A stretch of DNA of 64,000 nucleotides from Prorocentrum cordatum (GCA_963575745.1 CAUYUJ010000235.1:1-64000); one strand, 5' to 3'; positions 50,963 to 64,000 are shown, counted from the first letter of the stretch. The notes: generated by a model not told the origin, from the sequence alone. Made by a program: numbers and translations.

Positions 50963-52604
50963 ATATGTATATGTGGTGTGGGCTGTATGGTACTATGTAA
51001 CGCAGAGCAATGCAATAAAATGCAGAGCCATACGCAGCACGGCAAGCAGCGTAAATCAATGCAAATCAATACAAAGCAGCGCAAGGCCATGCGATTGCAA
51101 AACAGTGCGAATGCAATGAAATGACGCGAGTCCATGCAAAGCAACGCAAGCCAATGCAAAGCAATGCCCAGCAATGCCACGCACTGCAACGCAATGGAAA
51201 AGCAGCGCAACGCATTGCAGCGCAACGCGAAGCAATACAGTGCAGAGCAGTGTACAGCAATGCAAAGGAATGCAACGCAATGCGAAGTAGCGCGAGGCAA
51301 TGCAATGTAACGCAGGCCCAGACGGCGACGGGGCGGCGAAGGTGACCACATAACCGCCAGACCGAGGGGCAGGCCCAGAAGACGGGCGGCGCCGGGGTGG
51401 CGACTGCGACCATATAGCCGCCGTATCGACGGGCAGGCCCAGTCCTTTACAAAAGAAAAGCCCCGAGGTGCCAGCATTGTCTGCGGAGGCACTTGAAAAT
51501 GCGTTGCGGCGCGAACTGCGTGATGCAACCTACGTGGTGCAGCCCATGTGGTGAAATCTACGTCGTGCAAGATCTGAGCCCTATCTTGTCATGCATTTGC
51601 CACCTTGTATACCTGATCTGCTCTATGTATCCACCACTATGCCCCGAGTCGGGAGGTGGACGGCATTCAGTTCATTTCGGGCTTTCTCTATTGAGCACCT
51701 ACTGAGTCGATTTGAAAGCCCCACGACCCAAACTTGCAGAATTCTCGGCAGTGTGAGCCCATAGCGCCCGACAGTGAGTCTCACAGGCCGGTTAGCCGTA
51801 GAACCCCCTGCGCCGCTACATGAACTTTATAAGATTTACCGGCAAATTTGGAGCTATGACCTTTACGATATCCATAGTTTATTTAGGCACGATGTGCCCG
51901 ACGGACCTTATGACATAGGCCCTTGGAAGGGCTAGTTGTGAGCCATATGGGTCTTATGGACCTTCTGAGTTTTACGACGCACAGGAGCGCTATGGGCGCT
52001 TTGGGCTTTCCGGGGCGTCGTGAGCCTTGTGGGTTTCTTGAGCATTATTTGAATTTTGGGCCCCAGTGACCCTATGAGCCCCATGGTCCGTCTGAGCCAC
52101 TCCAACTCTCTGAACCATGTGTCCCCTGGGCCGCCTGAACCTTACCTAGGCGCTGAGTTGCGCAACCATGTCCGTGATCAGTTTAACGCGGGTAGTGGCC
52201 AGCAAGGGGCACGCGCGCCAAGGATCATACAATCGCGGATGCGAGACAGACGGCAAATGGCAATGGCGCCAAGGTCCGGTAGGGGGGGGGGCGGGGCAAG
52301 CGAGTGCCCCGACAGGCCGGTGACGGACCATAACGAAGGAGCGGTCCCGATGTTTTCTGCATCCTGAGGCCGTCTCGGGGGCCCCGTGGTCGTCGGTCGT
52401 CGGTGGTGGTGGTGGTCAACGTCGTCGTCGGTCGTCGTCGTCGTCGTCGTCGTCGTCGTCCTGGTCGTTGTGGTCGTCGTCGTCGTCGTTATCGTCGTCG
52501 TCGTCGTCGTCGGCGTGGTCGTCGTGGTCGTGGTCGTCGTGGTCGTCGCGGTCGTGGTCGCAGTCGTGGTCGTCGTCGTCGTGGTCGTCGCGGTTGTCGA
52601 GGGG

Positions 52605-54010
52605 GCCAGCACGACCGCCAGCATGACCGCCAGCACGACCAGCCACCAGCACGACCACCAGCACAAGAACCAGCACGACCACCAACACGACCACCAGCAC
52701 CTCCAGCACTACCAACCACCAGCGAGGGCGGGGGGAGCACGGCGGAGGGCGCTTGTGGAGGTTCAGGGTGGGGGGAGCGCAAGTGCAAGGGGAGGGGGGC
52801 GCAGGGAAGGAGCGGGGGGCCAGCGCGACCACCAGCATGACCGCCAGCACGGGCAGCAACCAGCACGACCACCAGCACAAGAACCAGCACGACCACCAAC
52901 ACGACCGCCAGCACCTCCAGCACTACCAACCACCAGCACGACCACCAGCAGAACCACCAGCACGACCACCAGCAGAACCACCAGCACGACCACGAGCACG
53001 ACCAGCCACCAGCACGGCCACCAGCACCTCCACAAGCACGACCTCCAGCACAACCGCGAGCACGACCACCAGCACGACCACCAGCACGAGCACCAGCACC
53101 TCCATCAGCACGACCAGCCACCAGCACAACCACCAGCACGACCACCAGCACGACAAGCAACACAACCACCAGCACAAGGGAGAGCAGCAGGCCCAGCCAA
53201 CAGCACCGGGCCAGCAGCACGACCACCAGCACGACCACCAGCACCTCCACCAACCACGGCCACCAGCACGACCAGCCAGCACCACCAACCACCAGCACGA
53301 CAACCAGCACAGCTAGCAGCACGACCACCAGCACAACCACCAGCACAGCCACTACCAGCACGACCACCAGCACGACCAGCCAGCACCACCAACCACCAGC
53401 ACGACAACCAGCACAACTAGCAGCACGACCACCAGCACAACCACCAGCACAGCCACTACCAGCACGACCACCAGCACAACCGCCAGCAGAACCACCAGCA
53501 CGACGACCAGCACAACCACCAGCACGACCACGAGCACGACCAGCCACCAGCACGGCCACCAGCACCTCCACAAGCACGACCACCAGCACAACCACGAGCA
53601 CGACCACCAGCACGACCACCAGCACCTCCACCAGCACAACCACCAGCAGGACCACCAGCACGACCACCAGCAGGACCACCAGCAGGACCACCAGCACGAC
53701 CACCAGCACGACCAGCCAGCACCACCAACCACCAGCACGACAACCAGCACAACCAGCAGCACGACCACCAGCACAACCACCAGCACAACCACTACCAGCG
53801 ACCAGCACGACCACCAGCACATCCACCAGCACGACGACCACAACCACCAGCACGACCACCAGCACGACCAGCCACCAGCACGGCCACCAGCACCTCCACA
53901 AGCACGACCACCAGCACAACCACCAGCACGACCACCAGCACAACCACCAGCACAACCACCAGCACAACCACCAGCAGGACCACCAGCACGACCACCAGCA
54001 GGACCACCAG
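52605..54010. repeat. ACCACCAGCACG 12-mer minisatellite with higher-order units
   Basis: Directly visible; preceded by (GTC)n at 52388-52598. Confidence 0.92.
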
Positions 54011-55233
54011 CAGAGCGCACGGTCGGTCGAAATAAAGCTGTGCGAGATCACACCGGTAGGTATGATGATAATCGTTTTGTTGTCGGTCCACATACCAGCG
54101 AGGAGTTCTTATTGCGGCTCGCGTGGGCTACTCGCGGTTCAAACGCCCCCACGCCCACCCCTCCCCCCAAAGGCCCCAATGTGCTGGCCAAGACGCCCAG
54201 GATGGAAGAGCATGGGCCATAAGATGCCCCCAACAGGCCTCAACATAGCCACAACCCTACGACCTGCCAGCACGGCCCAAGCCAAGAGTACCCCGAAGCG
54301 GTCCGAATACAGCCGCAAGATGGCTCAGCTTGGGGAGCCTGCGGCAGAGGGCGCAGCTTTGCGGGTACAGTTGGTCCCAGGCCCACCCCCCGGGAGCAGG
54401 GCTTGGTGCATGGGGGCTAGGGGTTGAGAGCGCTTCGGGTATTTAGGGTGTTGGTGGCTGGTCTTTAAAACTGGTGATTGGCATTTGGTGTTCGATGTTT
54501 GGTAAGTCATATGTGGTGCTTGATGGCGAAGTTCATAACAGGTTGCCAGGATTCGGTCGAGTTAGAGGGGGAGTCGTCCAGTTATCCAGACTTGGGTCGA
54601 GGGAATGGTCCTAATATCGGGTCGACGACGACGACGTTGACGACGACGAACACGACGACGATGTTGACGACGACAGCGACGGCGACCACGACGGGGTGGA
54701 CATGACGACGACGCAACGACCACGAACTGGTCCCATCAACGAGCGATGCGTGCATTGAACGTCCCACCCGCCCGCTCATTTTTATATCCCACCTGTAGTC
54801 GTCGATGTCGTGGCCATAGGTGTTATGTTGTTCCTTGCGCCAACATTATCGTGCCAACGCGCGAGGTTTAGGTTTCCATTCGAGGTCCCGCCTTTCCGCC
54901 CGCTTGAACTTCCCTCCCGTCGTCGTCATTGGCGACGTCGCTTTCCTGTGCCGTTTATTATCCATGGGCCTCGCCCCGTCGACGAGCAAAAATTTGATTT
55001 AAGGTCCCGGTCGCCCAGCTTCCTTAGTGTCCTGCCCGACCCACCCGTTCTCGTTTATGTGCCGACCTCGCGGAGTTGGCGTTCACGCTTGGCCAACCCG
55101 GCATGGCGGTGGTCAACCACTGCGCTGGCTGCGCCGCGTCTGGGAGAGCAGCGCTGCCTTGCCTTGCTGGGGCTTCTTGTAGAGCTCGCGGTGGCCTTCT
55201 CTGAGTGTTTGCTGGGGATATTGAAAAAGAATA

Positions 55234-55408
55234 CGTTCGGGGCCCTGAAGAAGGAACCCTTCTCGTTGGAGAGGGGCTCGGCGTTCCTTGATTGTTGTGC
55301 AGTTTGCCTCAGGTTCCCTTATGTTTTCGATGGGAAATCGAAGGTTCACTTATGGAAAAAAGGGGCCTCGTTCCTTGTTTACGGTTCCTTAGGTCAACGC
55401 CCCGACTG
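55234..55408. mobile_element. Tc1-like MITE M3, copy 2
   Basis: Colinear with 6957-7132 and flanked by TA on both sides. Confidence 0.8.
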
Positions 55409-56114
55409 TACGTTCCAATGCTGACCCTCTTGGGGCCACATTCGGGCTCTTTGGGAAAGGGGCCATATTCGGGCTCGTTGGGAGCCTCCAGGGGAGGCCT
55501 CTGTGTGCCAAATTGAGATCCCCTTTCTCGGTCCGACGGGGCTTCGGAGCAATTGCGGTGTAAGTTAGGAGGAGGAGGAGGAGGAGGAGGAGGAGGAACA
55601 GCAGGAGGAGCAGGTGGATCGTCATGAGTCGGCCCGACAAACTGCAAAAGCGAAATCGAATCGGCGCGCTTTCTTGTTTCATGGCCTGGCACGTGCAGCG
55701 CCTCCTGGGGAGGTCTTGAGGCCTCCTTGCAGCTATCCTGCGGCCATCTTGGGCGTTCTGTAGCCGCCATGGTGGCACCATTGAGCGAATTTGGTTTGTA
55801 CTGGATTGCGTATCCATAGTAGAAGGCCTGGGCTATGGAATACTGGGCCATATCCATGGCTTGTGTTGTCAGCTGTGTTCCTGCGTGTACATGGCCGGTC
55901 TTGCGACCAACTTCTTGGGCCACCGGCAAGGGTTTTCCGACAGCCCACAGCCATCACGGATTTCAGATAGCACAATGCAATAGCGATATTGGGCCATGTT
56001 TGAGACAGAGATACTCCGCATCGTGCATCGTGACTACAGACAAGGTGGCAAATCTCGCTTGTTGCGCCTCTTTGTTTACCCCTCTCTCTCTCTTTCTCGT
56101 TGTTTGTCCCTCTG

Positions 56115-56154
<40 letters not shown>

Positions 56155-56259
56155 GCTCTCTATCTTTCGCGTTCTTCATATAGCTTTCTCTCTCTCTCTC
56201 TCTCGTTCTCGCCTTCTTTCCTCTCTCTCTCTCTCTTGTTGTTTTGTTGTTGTTGTTGT

Positions 56260-56299
<40 letters not shown>

Positions 56300-56987
56300 A
56301 TTCATACTGCTGCGCAAGCCCCTGCTTCAGTCTCAGTGACTGTCTTCGTGCGCTCGTTCATCTACACACATGCCTCCTCTCTGCTCACTTCTCACCCGTG
56401 TCTCCCCAACCCCACTCGCTACATTATATGACCCCCAGGTTTCCAACCCGGAGGACCCGCAAGTACAGCAAGTTTAAAAGCATTAAATGCGCAAGCCGCC
56501 ACCATCTTCGTTGCACGAGTTTGAAAGCAGGAGTGGGGAGGGGCGTTAATGGTGGAGACGGGAACGAGGCAGAGATAGAAGGAGGAAGATAGACAGCGAG
56601 AGAGGGAGAGACAGAGAGATTGAGAGAGAATAGAGAGCAGGCAGAGAAGAGAAACAGATGAGGTATGAGAGAGGGAGAGGAGACAGAGAAGAGGGAGAGC
56701 GAGAGTGAGAGAGAGTGCGATATGATAACGGGAGAGAGGAGGGGAAGGCGAGAGAGAGAGAGAGATAATTTACATTACATAGAGAACAGATAGAGAGATC
56801 GAGAGCGAGGGTGACCGAGAGAGCGAGAGAACGAGAGAGAGAGAGATGGTGAATGAGGATGCGTACGTGTATGTATATATATACACATACACATATACAT
56901 ATACATGTATATATCTGTATACATAAACATGTACACACATATACGTATGCATATGCAGTTACATCTACATAATCACACATACACACA

Positions 56988-57956
56988 TATTCCTCTTCCT
57001 ATATGTTTACAAGCCCGGGCGGGGGGAAAACCCCTCATCCCCCCCAAAACAAAAAAAACGGACTCCCGGGATCTGGGGCTTTGGGACCCTCTGGACGGGC
57101 CTCGAAGCGGCCCCCCCGGGCCTCGCAGGGCGTTCTGCCAAGCCTTCCCAGCACACCCAGGGCGATCAGGGGGGTCATCGGAGACATCCCAGAGACCCCC
57201 AAGACAGGACAAGAGCGCTCCAAGAGTGACCGACGTGACCTCAAGATGGCCCAAGAGGCCTCCAGGACGGCCCCAAAGAGACCACCAAGAGCAGAGCACT
57301 CCCAAGAAGGCCCCAAGAGGCACAAACCATTGATTTTCTGTTGGTTTTTGGTGAATTCTGGGGTTCTCCTCTTCTCGGTTTCCCGACGCCCCAAGACGGC
57401 GGTTTTCTGGGCGTCCGAAGCCGCCTGGGAGGCTCCAAAATCGCTCCACAACCATCCGAAAGGGCTTCCAGGCAGTCCAAGAGAGCCCCAAAACGGCACA
57501 ACACGGGTCCAAGATGGCCCTCAGAGAGCCCCATGGCGGCCCGAGATGGCCCCAAGACACCCTCCGAAGCATTCCAAATCGTGACCCGGTCGTTCAGGGA
57601 GAGCGGTTGGAGGCAGGATGGCCCGAGGAAGCCCCCAGAGGCCCCCAGAATACGCCCAGCAGGCCTCCAGAAGGCCTTAAGAAAGCCTGAAACAACTTTT
57701 GTGAGGCCCCCAGAGGCTCTCCAAGGAGGAGCCTCCGCAAAAAAGAGCTGAGGAGGGGGAGAATGCGCAGGTTATGGCGAAAATGAATAAAAAGAAGCAT
57801 GGAGGAAGGATAATGAAGAACATTATTATAGCGGCGATGCCGGAAAAGGCAACAAGGAGTTATCGCTAAATTGTCGGCTCGACCTTCCTGCTATTCCGCC
57901 TGCACACCAAACTTCAAGGACCAAGGTGCATGGCGCGAAGCGCCACTGCAGTCTTG
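56988..57956 (+). mobile_element. Interspersed repeat R1, copy 2
   Basis: End-to-end colinear with 15111-16055. Confidence 0.85.
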
Positions 57957-58069
57957 TGTATATATATATGTATATATATATATATGTATATGTCTGTGTA
58001 TATGTATGTATATATATACATACATACGCCGAACTCCGAGCATTGTACGAGGATTTTTGATGGATTTCC

Positions 58070-58700
58070 ACGAGTGCGCGTGTCCAGCTCCTGTGCAATC
58101 CGAAACGGCCCCAGACGCCCTCGAGTTCGCTCCGAGACGGCCCAGGAACCTTCCAACACGGCCCAAAAACAGCCCCACAGGGCCCCCAGACCTCCAACGA
58201 AGCCGCCAACCAGCCCCTCAGACCTGCCCAGCACGATCCAGGGAGCCCCTCCTTGCCAAAAGAGCGACCCAAGACGCCCAAGGCAGCCTCCGGACAGCGA
58301 TGCCTCCAGGACGCCCCACGAAGCCGCAGAAGATCTGCCCAAGAGATCCCCCAGGGCCGCATCCCGTTCATTTCACAAAGGGTTTTTCTGGAGGATGCTC
58401 ACGTGTGCGCGTGTCCAGCTCCGGTGCAATCCGAAACGGCCCCAGACGCCTCCCGCTTCGCTCTGAGACGGCCCAGGCGGCCTCCAACACGGCCTGCCAA
58501 GAGCCCCAGATGGCCTCAAGAGGGCCCCCGAAGCCGCCCAACCAGCCCCCCGAATGCCAACACACAATCCAGGGATGCCCCCCCTCGCCAAAACAGCGAC
58601 TCCAGACGCCCAAGACAGCCTCCAGGCACCCCGTATGCCTCCAAGACACCCCAACAAGCTGCCGACGACATGCCCAAGGAGCCCCGCGAGCCGAATCTCA
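58070..58700 (+). repeat. Diverged tandem duplication (~330 bp)
   Basis: gtgcgcgtgtccagctcc(t/g)gtgcaatccgaaacggccccagacgcc occurs at 58074 and 58405. Confidence 0.7.
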
Positions 58701-59441
58701 TGCGTTGCGCCACGGATTCTCAACGATTCCTGACGGGTCCCGGCCGGCCTCGAGCTCGCTCCCACAAGGCGGAAAAAACGGCCCCAGGGACTTTTTGGAC
58801 GACCCACGAGTCCGCTGTGAAGCCCCCCAGACCTGTCCGAAACGGTCCAAAGAGCCTCCCCCTCGCCCGCCGTGAAGCCCCATGAGACCTGTCCCAAATG
58901 GTCCAGAGAGGGCCCCCCCTCCCACAAGAATGACGGCCCGAGACGCCCAGGACAGCCTCCGAAAGCGCAGGGTGCTTCCCCAAGACGCCCCAAGAAGCCC
59001 TCTGCAAACTTCCCCAAAAGCACTTCAAAGCGGCCGAAGAGGGCCCCGAGTTAACCCAAGAGGACCCACGACTGCCCAAGAGGGCCCCGCGAGGCTCTCA
59101 AGACCGCTTCCACGGGGCCCCAAGACACTCCACATGAAAAACCCACTCAAGCCCAAAGCCCCCCATGACGGGCCAGAACAGTTCATGACAGACACAAAGG
59201 TTTCGACCACGATGGCAAGGACAATGACGATGATTATGATGATGCTGATGCTGATGATTTGTTATGACGATTATGCTGATGATGGTTGTGTTCGTGATCC
59301 CGCGCCACGCGCATGCGGAACACGCTGATCCCGTGGCCGCCGCCGCGACAGTTCCTGGAGCGAGGGCCTCCGGCATCCTTGCGGAAGGCGCCCCTGGGCT
59401 TCGACGTCAAGAGCGGAGAGCTTCAGGGCAGAGGCGGACTT

Positions 59442-59569
59442 GGCATCGCTCGGACGTGGGCATTTGTCTTTCGGCGAGGACCATCGAGGAGCATCCTTGA
59501 TCATTTTGCGAAAAAACCACGCACGAGACCGAAACAAAAACGCAGGAAGTGGACGTCCGAGCGACGGCC
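59442..59569. mobile_element. MITE M4, copy 2
   Basis: Colinear with 10530-10655, with different flanks. Confidence 0.75.
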
Positions 59570-59644
59570 GGCGGAGCAGCTCGCAGGAGGCCTGGGTTCC
59601 GTGCTGCCCCCCGTCGGAGCGCGGCGGCGCCCCGCTCGGAGCCC

Positions 59645-59805
59645 GCGAGCGCCTGGGAGCGCTTGGGAGCCTGCCGGGAGCGTGCCGGGAGCGTGCCGGG
59701 AGCGCCTGGGAGCGCTTGGGAGCGCCTGCGAGCGTCTGGGAGCGCCTGGGAGCGCCTGGGAGCGCTTGGGGGCGCCTGGGAGCGCCTGGGAGCGCTTGGG
59801 AGCTC
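59645..59805. repeat. GGGAGCGCCT 10-mer minisatellite
   Basis: Directly visible. Confidence 0.9.
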
Positions 59806-61353
59806 TTGCGAACGCGCCAGCGGCCCGCGGGGTTGTCCCGGCGGCCCGGCCCGCGGGGCTGCCCCCCCGAAGGCTGCGCGATGTTGCCGTCGGAGGGCGC
59901 GCCCCTGCCGGGCGCGGCGACGGGGGCCCCGAGGAGAATCTATGCGCGCGCGCCCCCCTGCCAGGAGTGAAGGAGAGGCACGAGCGGGGCGGCGATGAGG
60001 AGGGGGAGGAGGAGGAGGGGGTGGAGGAGGGCAGGGCAAGAGCCGAGGAGGGAGAGAAGCAGGAGGAAGAGAGGGAGGAGGCGGGGGAGGCGGGGGAGGA
60101 GGAGGCGGAAGAGGATAATCTTGAGACACACAACGGCTAGGACGAGAAGGAGCAGGAGGAAGAAAAGGAAGAGGAGGAGGAGGAGGGCGGACGGAGAGGG
60201 CGGAAGGAAACCTCCGTCAGACGAAGAAGAAAGAGGCGAAGGGCAATCTAAATCGATTATCATGTGGGGTCCTCCTGCCGGATCGTTCGTCTTACAACTT
60301 CTGAGTTTCCCCATGTGGGTGGTGTGGATTCCTCCAAGAGGGCCCCGCAGAGTCTGCAAGGCTTTTCATCAAAGGGCCCCAAGAGGGGCATGCACAAAAC
60401 TATGAAAATTGGCCGCGGGTGGCCAGCGTGACGCACCGCGTCGGCATCCGCAATCATTCTGCACGAGCAACCGCAATCATTCTGCACCGTGCGGATGGTG
60501 GGCGGCCTCAGCCCAGCAAAAATCAAAGGAGCCTCAACCATCCATGACGGAAACAAGCACAAAACTGGAATTGGACCCCCACACGTCGCCAAATGCTTCC
60601 CGCAGGGCGAAATCTGCATGGCTGCTTGAAAGGAGCCGCGGCGGGGAAGACCACGCGGTTTCGCGTCGGCGGCCACTCTCCCCAGGGGACAGGGGATTGG
60701 AATCAAAGCATCCGTTGAGCCACCTAATCCCCGAGGTCAGATGAGATGTCCCTTGCTGTGCTGTCGGCCGTGATTCATGGTGGAGCCAGATGCCGGCATG
60801 TCATTTCACGCGCGCCTGGCATGCTGACGCCACCGCCAACGCACGCCATGCCAGCAGTGACAGAGACAGCACGTTTCAAGGTCACGGCGTGAGATTTTGG
60901 CAATCAGCCCCTCTGTAAAAATGCGTGTTGGCGAAAGCGTTGACAAACAGTCGCTTGGACAGCAGATCTAGATTGTGTTGCTACATGTCGCGACTGCCTG
61001 CCATGGTCGGTAGTTGTTCGATGGATTCACTTGGGTCGGAAATTGTCGCGCCCGTGGCAGTGCTACGATACCGCTACCCTCCACACCAAGCCGCGCAAAC
61101 GTTTCAGTTCCGAGTCTGGTACGTGCAGGGCGCCAACACCTCACACGCTTGTGGACCCACGGGTCTCGCGGATTCGGTCGGGAACCGCCCGTACGTAGCA
61201 CAGGGTTCGGCTCGACATGTTGCCCAACAGCCCGCCATGCCGCCTTCTCGACACAAGGGGGAGCCATGTTGCCGCATCGGAAATTGGGCATGCTATTATG
61301 AGCCTAGGGAGGATGTTGAATGTGTGGGCTCCGACAGTAAGAGTGCTGGAGGG

Positions 61354-62262
61354 ATGGTTGACGCCGTGAGCCCGCTGTCGAAGGTGAGCCTCGCACGGAG
61401 AGAGCTGCAGGCGGTGCAGAACGAACTCGAGGGGGCGAAGGTTGAGATCATTCAGGTGCTTAACCAGTCTGTTGAGACGGCGCGGCTGGACCTGGAACTC
61501 CAAAGACGACAATGGTTCAATGCGGCCGGTGTTGCACAAGCCAGGGAAGGACTGGAGCAGAAGGAGGACTTCCTTCGTCGCGTACAGCATGTTCTTTTGA
61601 GGACAACCTTGTTCTCGAAGCCTAGTAAGAGTACTGCTGTTGTCATCCGGGAGAATAACCTCACGATGCAAATGTGCCCTGGGCTTGTGGGCAAGAGTAC
61701 TCGCATAGCGGAGATTGATGAGGATAATGGGCTTTATATGGTCGAAGGGTGTGAGTTTTGGCTGCGCCGTATTGATTTCAATGTTATTGAGGTTGCACGT
61801 AATGGTTACGTGTCAGCAAGCATGTCAAGTCTCTCTAGCGATTTCTCTTCAGACTCAGACACAAGTAGCGAATACCCGATGGAAGAGCAATGGTCCAACG
61901 AAGTGGACTCTGCTCTGCTAGGGTGTTGGGTGTTAGATCGCTGCGAAGGCAATATGTCTGGCATAATGGCCGATGCCGATGTTGATTGGATCACGCAGAA
62001 GACGGCCAAAGCCTTCAACTATGGTGCGGGCTTGATTTCTCACACGTTGGAGCAATCTGGGAAGAAGCTCACTATCACAATGGCAGGTGGCTTGAAAACG
62101 TTCAAGACAAAGATAGATATGTCCACAGACGTTCCATCCCAAACGATTGCTGAAAATGGGCAAGAAGTGCTGGTGACTGGCAAATGGGATGGCAACGCTT
62201 TGGTCATCCTTGGGACAAGCAAGCGTGATGGACAACCTATTCAGGCTTCGAAGCGTTATTGA
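61354..62262 (+). CDS. Coiled-coil + small beta domain + FABP/calycin-like protein, 3'-truncated (possible retrocopy)
   Basis: Complex, lower-GC, stop-free sequence. The frame is open from 60925; the ATG at 61354 is my inferred start. The C-terminal LLGCWVLDRCEGNMSGIMADADVDWITQKTAKAFNYG...GKWDGNALVI...KRY matches the GxW-helix-turn-helix-barrel pattern of intracellular lipid-binding proteins. It ends abruptly where a repeat begins. Confidence 0.7.
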   Translation: MVDAVSPLSKVSLARRELQAVQNELEGAKVEIIQVLNQSVETARLDLELQRRQWFNAAGVAQAREGLEQKEDFLRRVQHVLLRTTLFSKPSKSTAVVIRENNLTMQMCPGLVGKSTRIAEIDEDNGLYMVEGCEFWLRRIDFNVIEVARNGYVSASMSSLSSDFSSDSDTSSEYPMEEQWSNEVDSALLGCWVLDRCEGNMSGIMADADVDWITQKTAKAFNYGAGLISHTLEQSGKKLTITMAGGLKTFKTKIDMSTDVPSQTIAENGQEVLVTGKWDGNALVILGTSKRDGQPIQASKRY

Positions 62263-63638
62263 ATCGCTTCGCTCACTCCGCCGGCCCTCGAGCGTTCTAT
62301 GGGGCCCCTTTGAAGCCTCTTGGGGGCCTCTTTGGGGCCAGGGGCATCTTGGGGGCCTCTTGGGGGTCTCGTGGGTCTCCTTGGCGGCGTCTTGGGGCCC
62401 CCTTGGGCCTCTTGGGGGGCTCTTGGGGGCCTCTTGGGGCGGGGTAGTCGAGTGCACCCCCCTCGGAGGCCACGATCCTCGTGAGGGGTGTCGAAAGAAG
62501 GCTCTCAAAACCATCTCTGGGTAGACTTGGTCGGGCAGCGGTCGGGATACTTTTCGCCGGGGGACCCCCAGGGACCGCACCGCGCGCGCGAACTAGAAAT
62601 ATTGTTAACCAGTTACTGGAGATCTTAGCACGCCTCTGGCCCGTTGGGCCGGCGAATTTGGAAGGGAACGCGCTGATTCAAGAGGTATTTCCACTTTCCT
62701 CCAAGTACTCCCCTGTGAGGCGTATATTCAGACTGAGATGACTGTGCCCGCCTGTTCGGTTGCATTGCGTTGCCGCGCTGACCGACAGCGCGGCTTCCAG
62801 GGGCTCGAGCGCAGTTAACACGAACGCCATGGGAGTCGCACGCGCACGCACACACATACACACATACCTACGCATCATACACGCGCACACCCACACATTG
62901 GCGGCTTGGTTCCAGGGTCCGGGGGCGGCCCACGTATCCAATGTCGCCCCACTGGGTCTGGGGGTTGGTTATGGTTTTCTTGGTGCTGTTTGGGCCCACG
63001 AGGCACCCCGGACGGTCTCAGAGCCCCCCCCGCGACGGCCTCGAAGGGTCTCATGACGGCCTCGAGGGGCCCCAGACGGCGCACGTGGGGCCCAAGAGGA
63101 TTCCACGACGGCCTCAAAGTGCTCCACCAGGACCAGGCCTCAAAACAATGGTTTCCCAATGGTTTTGGGAAGATTCTAGTGCTCTCGCTTTTTCGAACCT
63201 CCGACAGCCCACGAAGGTCCCAGTGTTCTCCAAGATAGCCCCAAGACGACCCAAGGGATCCCGAAAGGGCCCCCAGACGGCCCAGTGTTGCCCCAAGACG
63301 GTCTGCGAGGCGCCCATGACGGTCCTTATTGGAAGGACCCAGTAGGACCCCAAGAGGGCCCCAAGAGAGCCCGAAGTGGGAGCCAAGAGGGATTTGGGGG
63401 AGCTCTCTTGAAAGGCGCGGATCCCAAAGTGCTCCAAAGACCCTCTCGGAAGCTGCCGAGACGCTTTCAAGATGCTCCAGAAGGCTTCGGAGAGGCTAGG
63501 ACGAAGGGGGGGTACTGGGAAGACAGTGGCGCCTCTGGTGCCGAGAGGCTCTGGGCAAATTGGCCGAGTGAGCCGATTCGCTGAAACCGCAAGGGGCCCC
63601 GAGAATCATCTCGCAGGCCCTTGACCCAGAGATCCGAC

Positions 63639-63827
63639 GCTCCAAAGAAATTCTGGCGGCGCGCAGAGGGGGGTATGGGGAGGGGGGAAGGCTTCTTAGA
63701 AGAGTGCTGGTTCTTAGAAGGCGCGGGCCTTACCTATAAATGCAAGGCCCGTACCTTCTAAGAAGCAGCCTCCTTCTAAGAAGCCTTCCCCCCCCTATTC
63801 CCTCTGCGCGCCGCCAAAAATTGGAGC
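63639..63827. repeat. Long hairpin/palindrome
   Basis: tggcggcgcgcagaggg, ggggaaggcttcttagaag and ttcttagaagg..cgggcctt each have a reverse-complement partner. Loop is acctataaatgc. Confidence 0.85.
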
Positions 63828-64000
63828 TGACGATTCTTGGCCACTCTCGGCCTTTGGGGGCCCTCGCCGGGCCTCGGGGCCGACAAAACGACTCGGGACG
63901 AAAATCGGGCCCCAGGGAAGAGGCCCAGACCTCCGGGGCCCGCGCACCGAAAAAGTTGGAGCAGCAGGGCGTCTGGGGAGAAATATCCCTTGGGCGTCGC

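Noticed and set aside
52386..54093. 534-aa WWSC-repeat ORF and His/Gln-rich ORFs
   Set aside because: Translations of the 12-mer minisatellite.
60925..61353. N-terminal 143 codons of the 445-aa ORF
   Set aside because: Starts at GTG and does not look protein-like; kept only as open frame upstream of the inferred ATG at 61354.

Overview
GC-rich, repeat-dominated eukaryotic genomic DNA. The repeat style and the protein signatures of the retroelement suggest a dinoflagellate (Prorocentrum-like); this is inference. Most long ORFs in the supplied track are artefacts of microsatellites and GGCCTCTTGGG-type repeats. The supportable content is: (1) a decayed ~7 kb Ty1/copia LTR retrotransposon (27427-~34393) with gag zinc knuckle, protease, integrase, RT and RNase H remnants, carrying an extra C5 cytosine DNA-methyltransferase-like domain between integrase and RT; (2) an intron-free, lower-GC ORF (61354-62262) with a coiled coil, a small beta domain and a C-terminally truncated FABP/calycin domain; (3) many small non-autonomous elements: TA-flanked Tc1/mariner-like MITEs, TIR elements flanked by unusually long (~17-50 bp) direct repeats, foldback palindromes, and kb-size elements ending in GNA-triloop hairpins; (4) tandem repeats, minisatellites and microsatellites. 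Where substitutions can be polarised, they run mostly T>C/A>G (CpG gain), opposite to ordinary CpG decay. I found no tRNA, rRNA or CRISPR array. All alignments were done by eye, so coordinates marked ~ are approximate.
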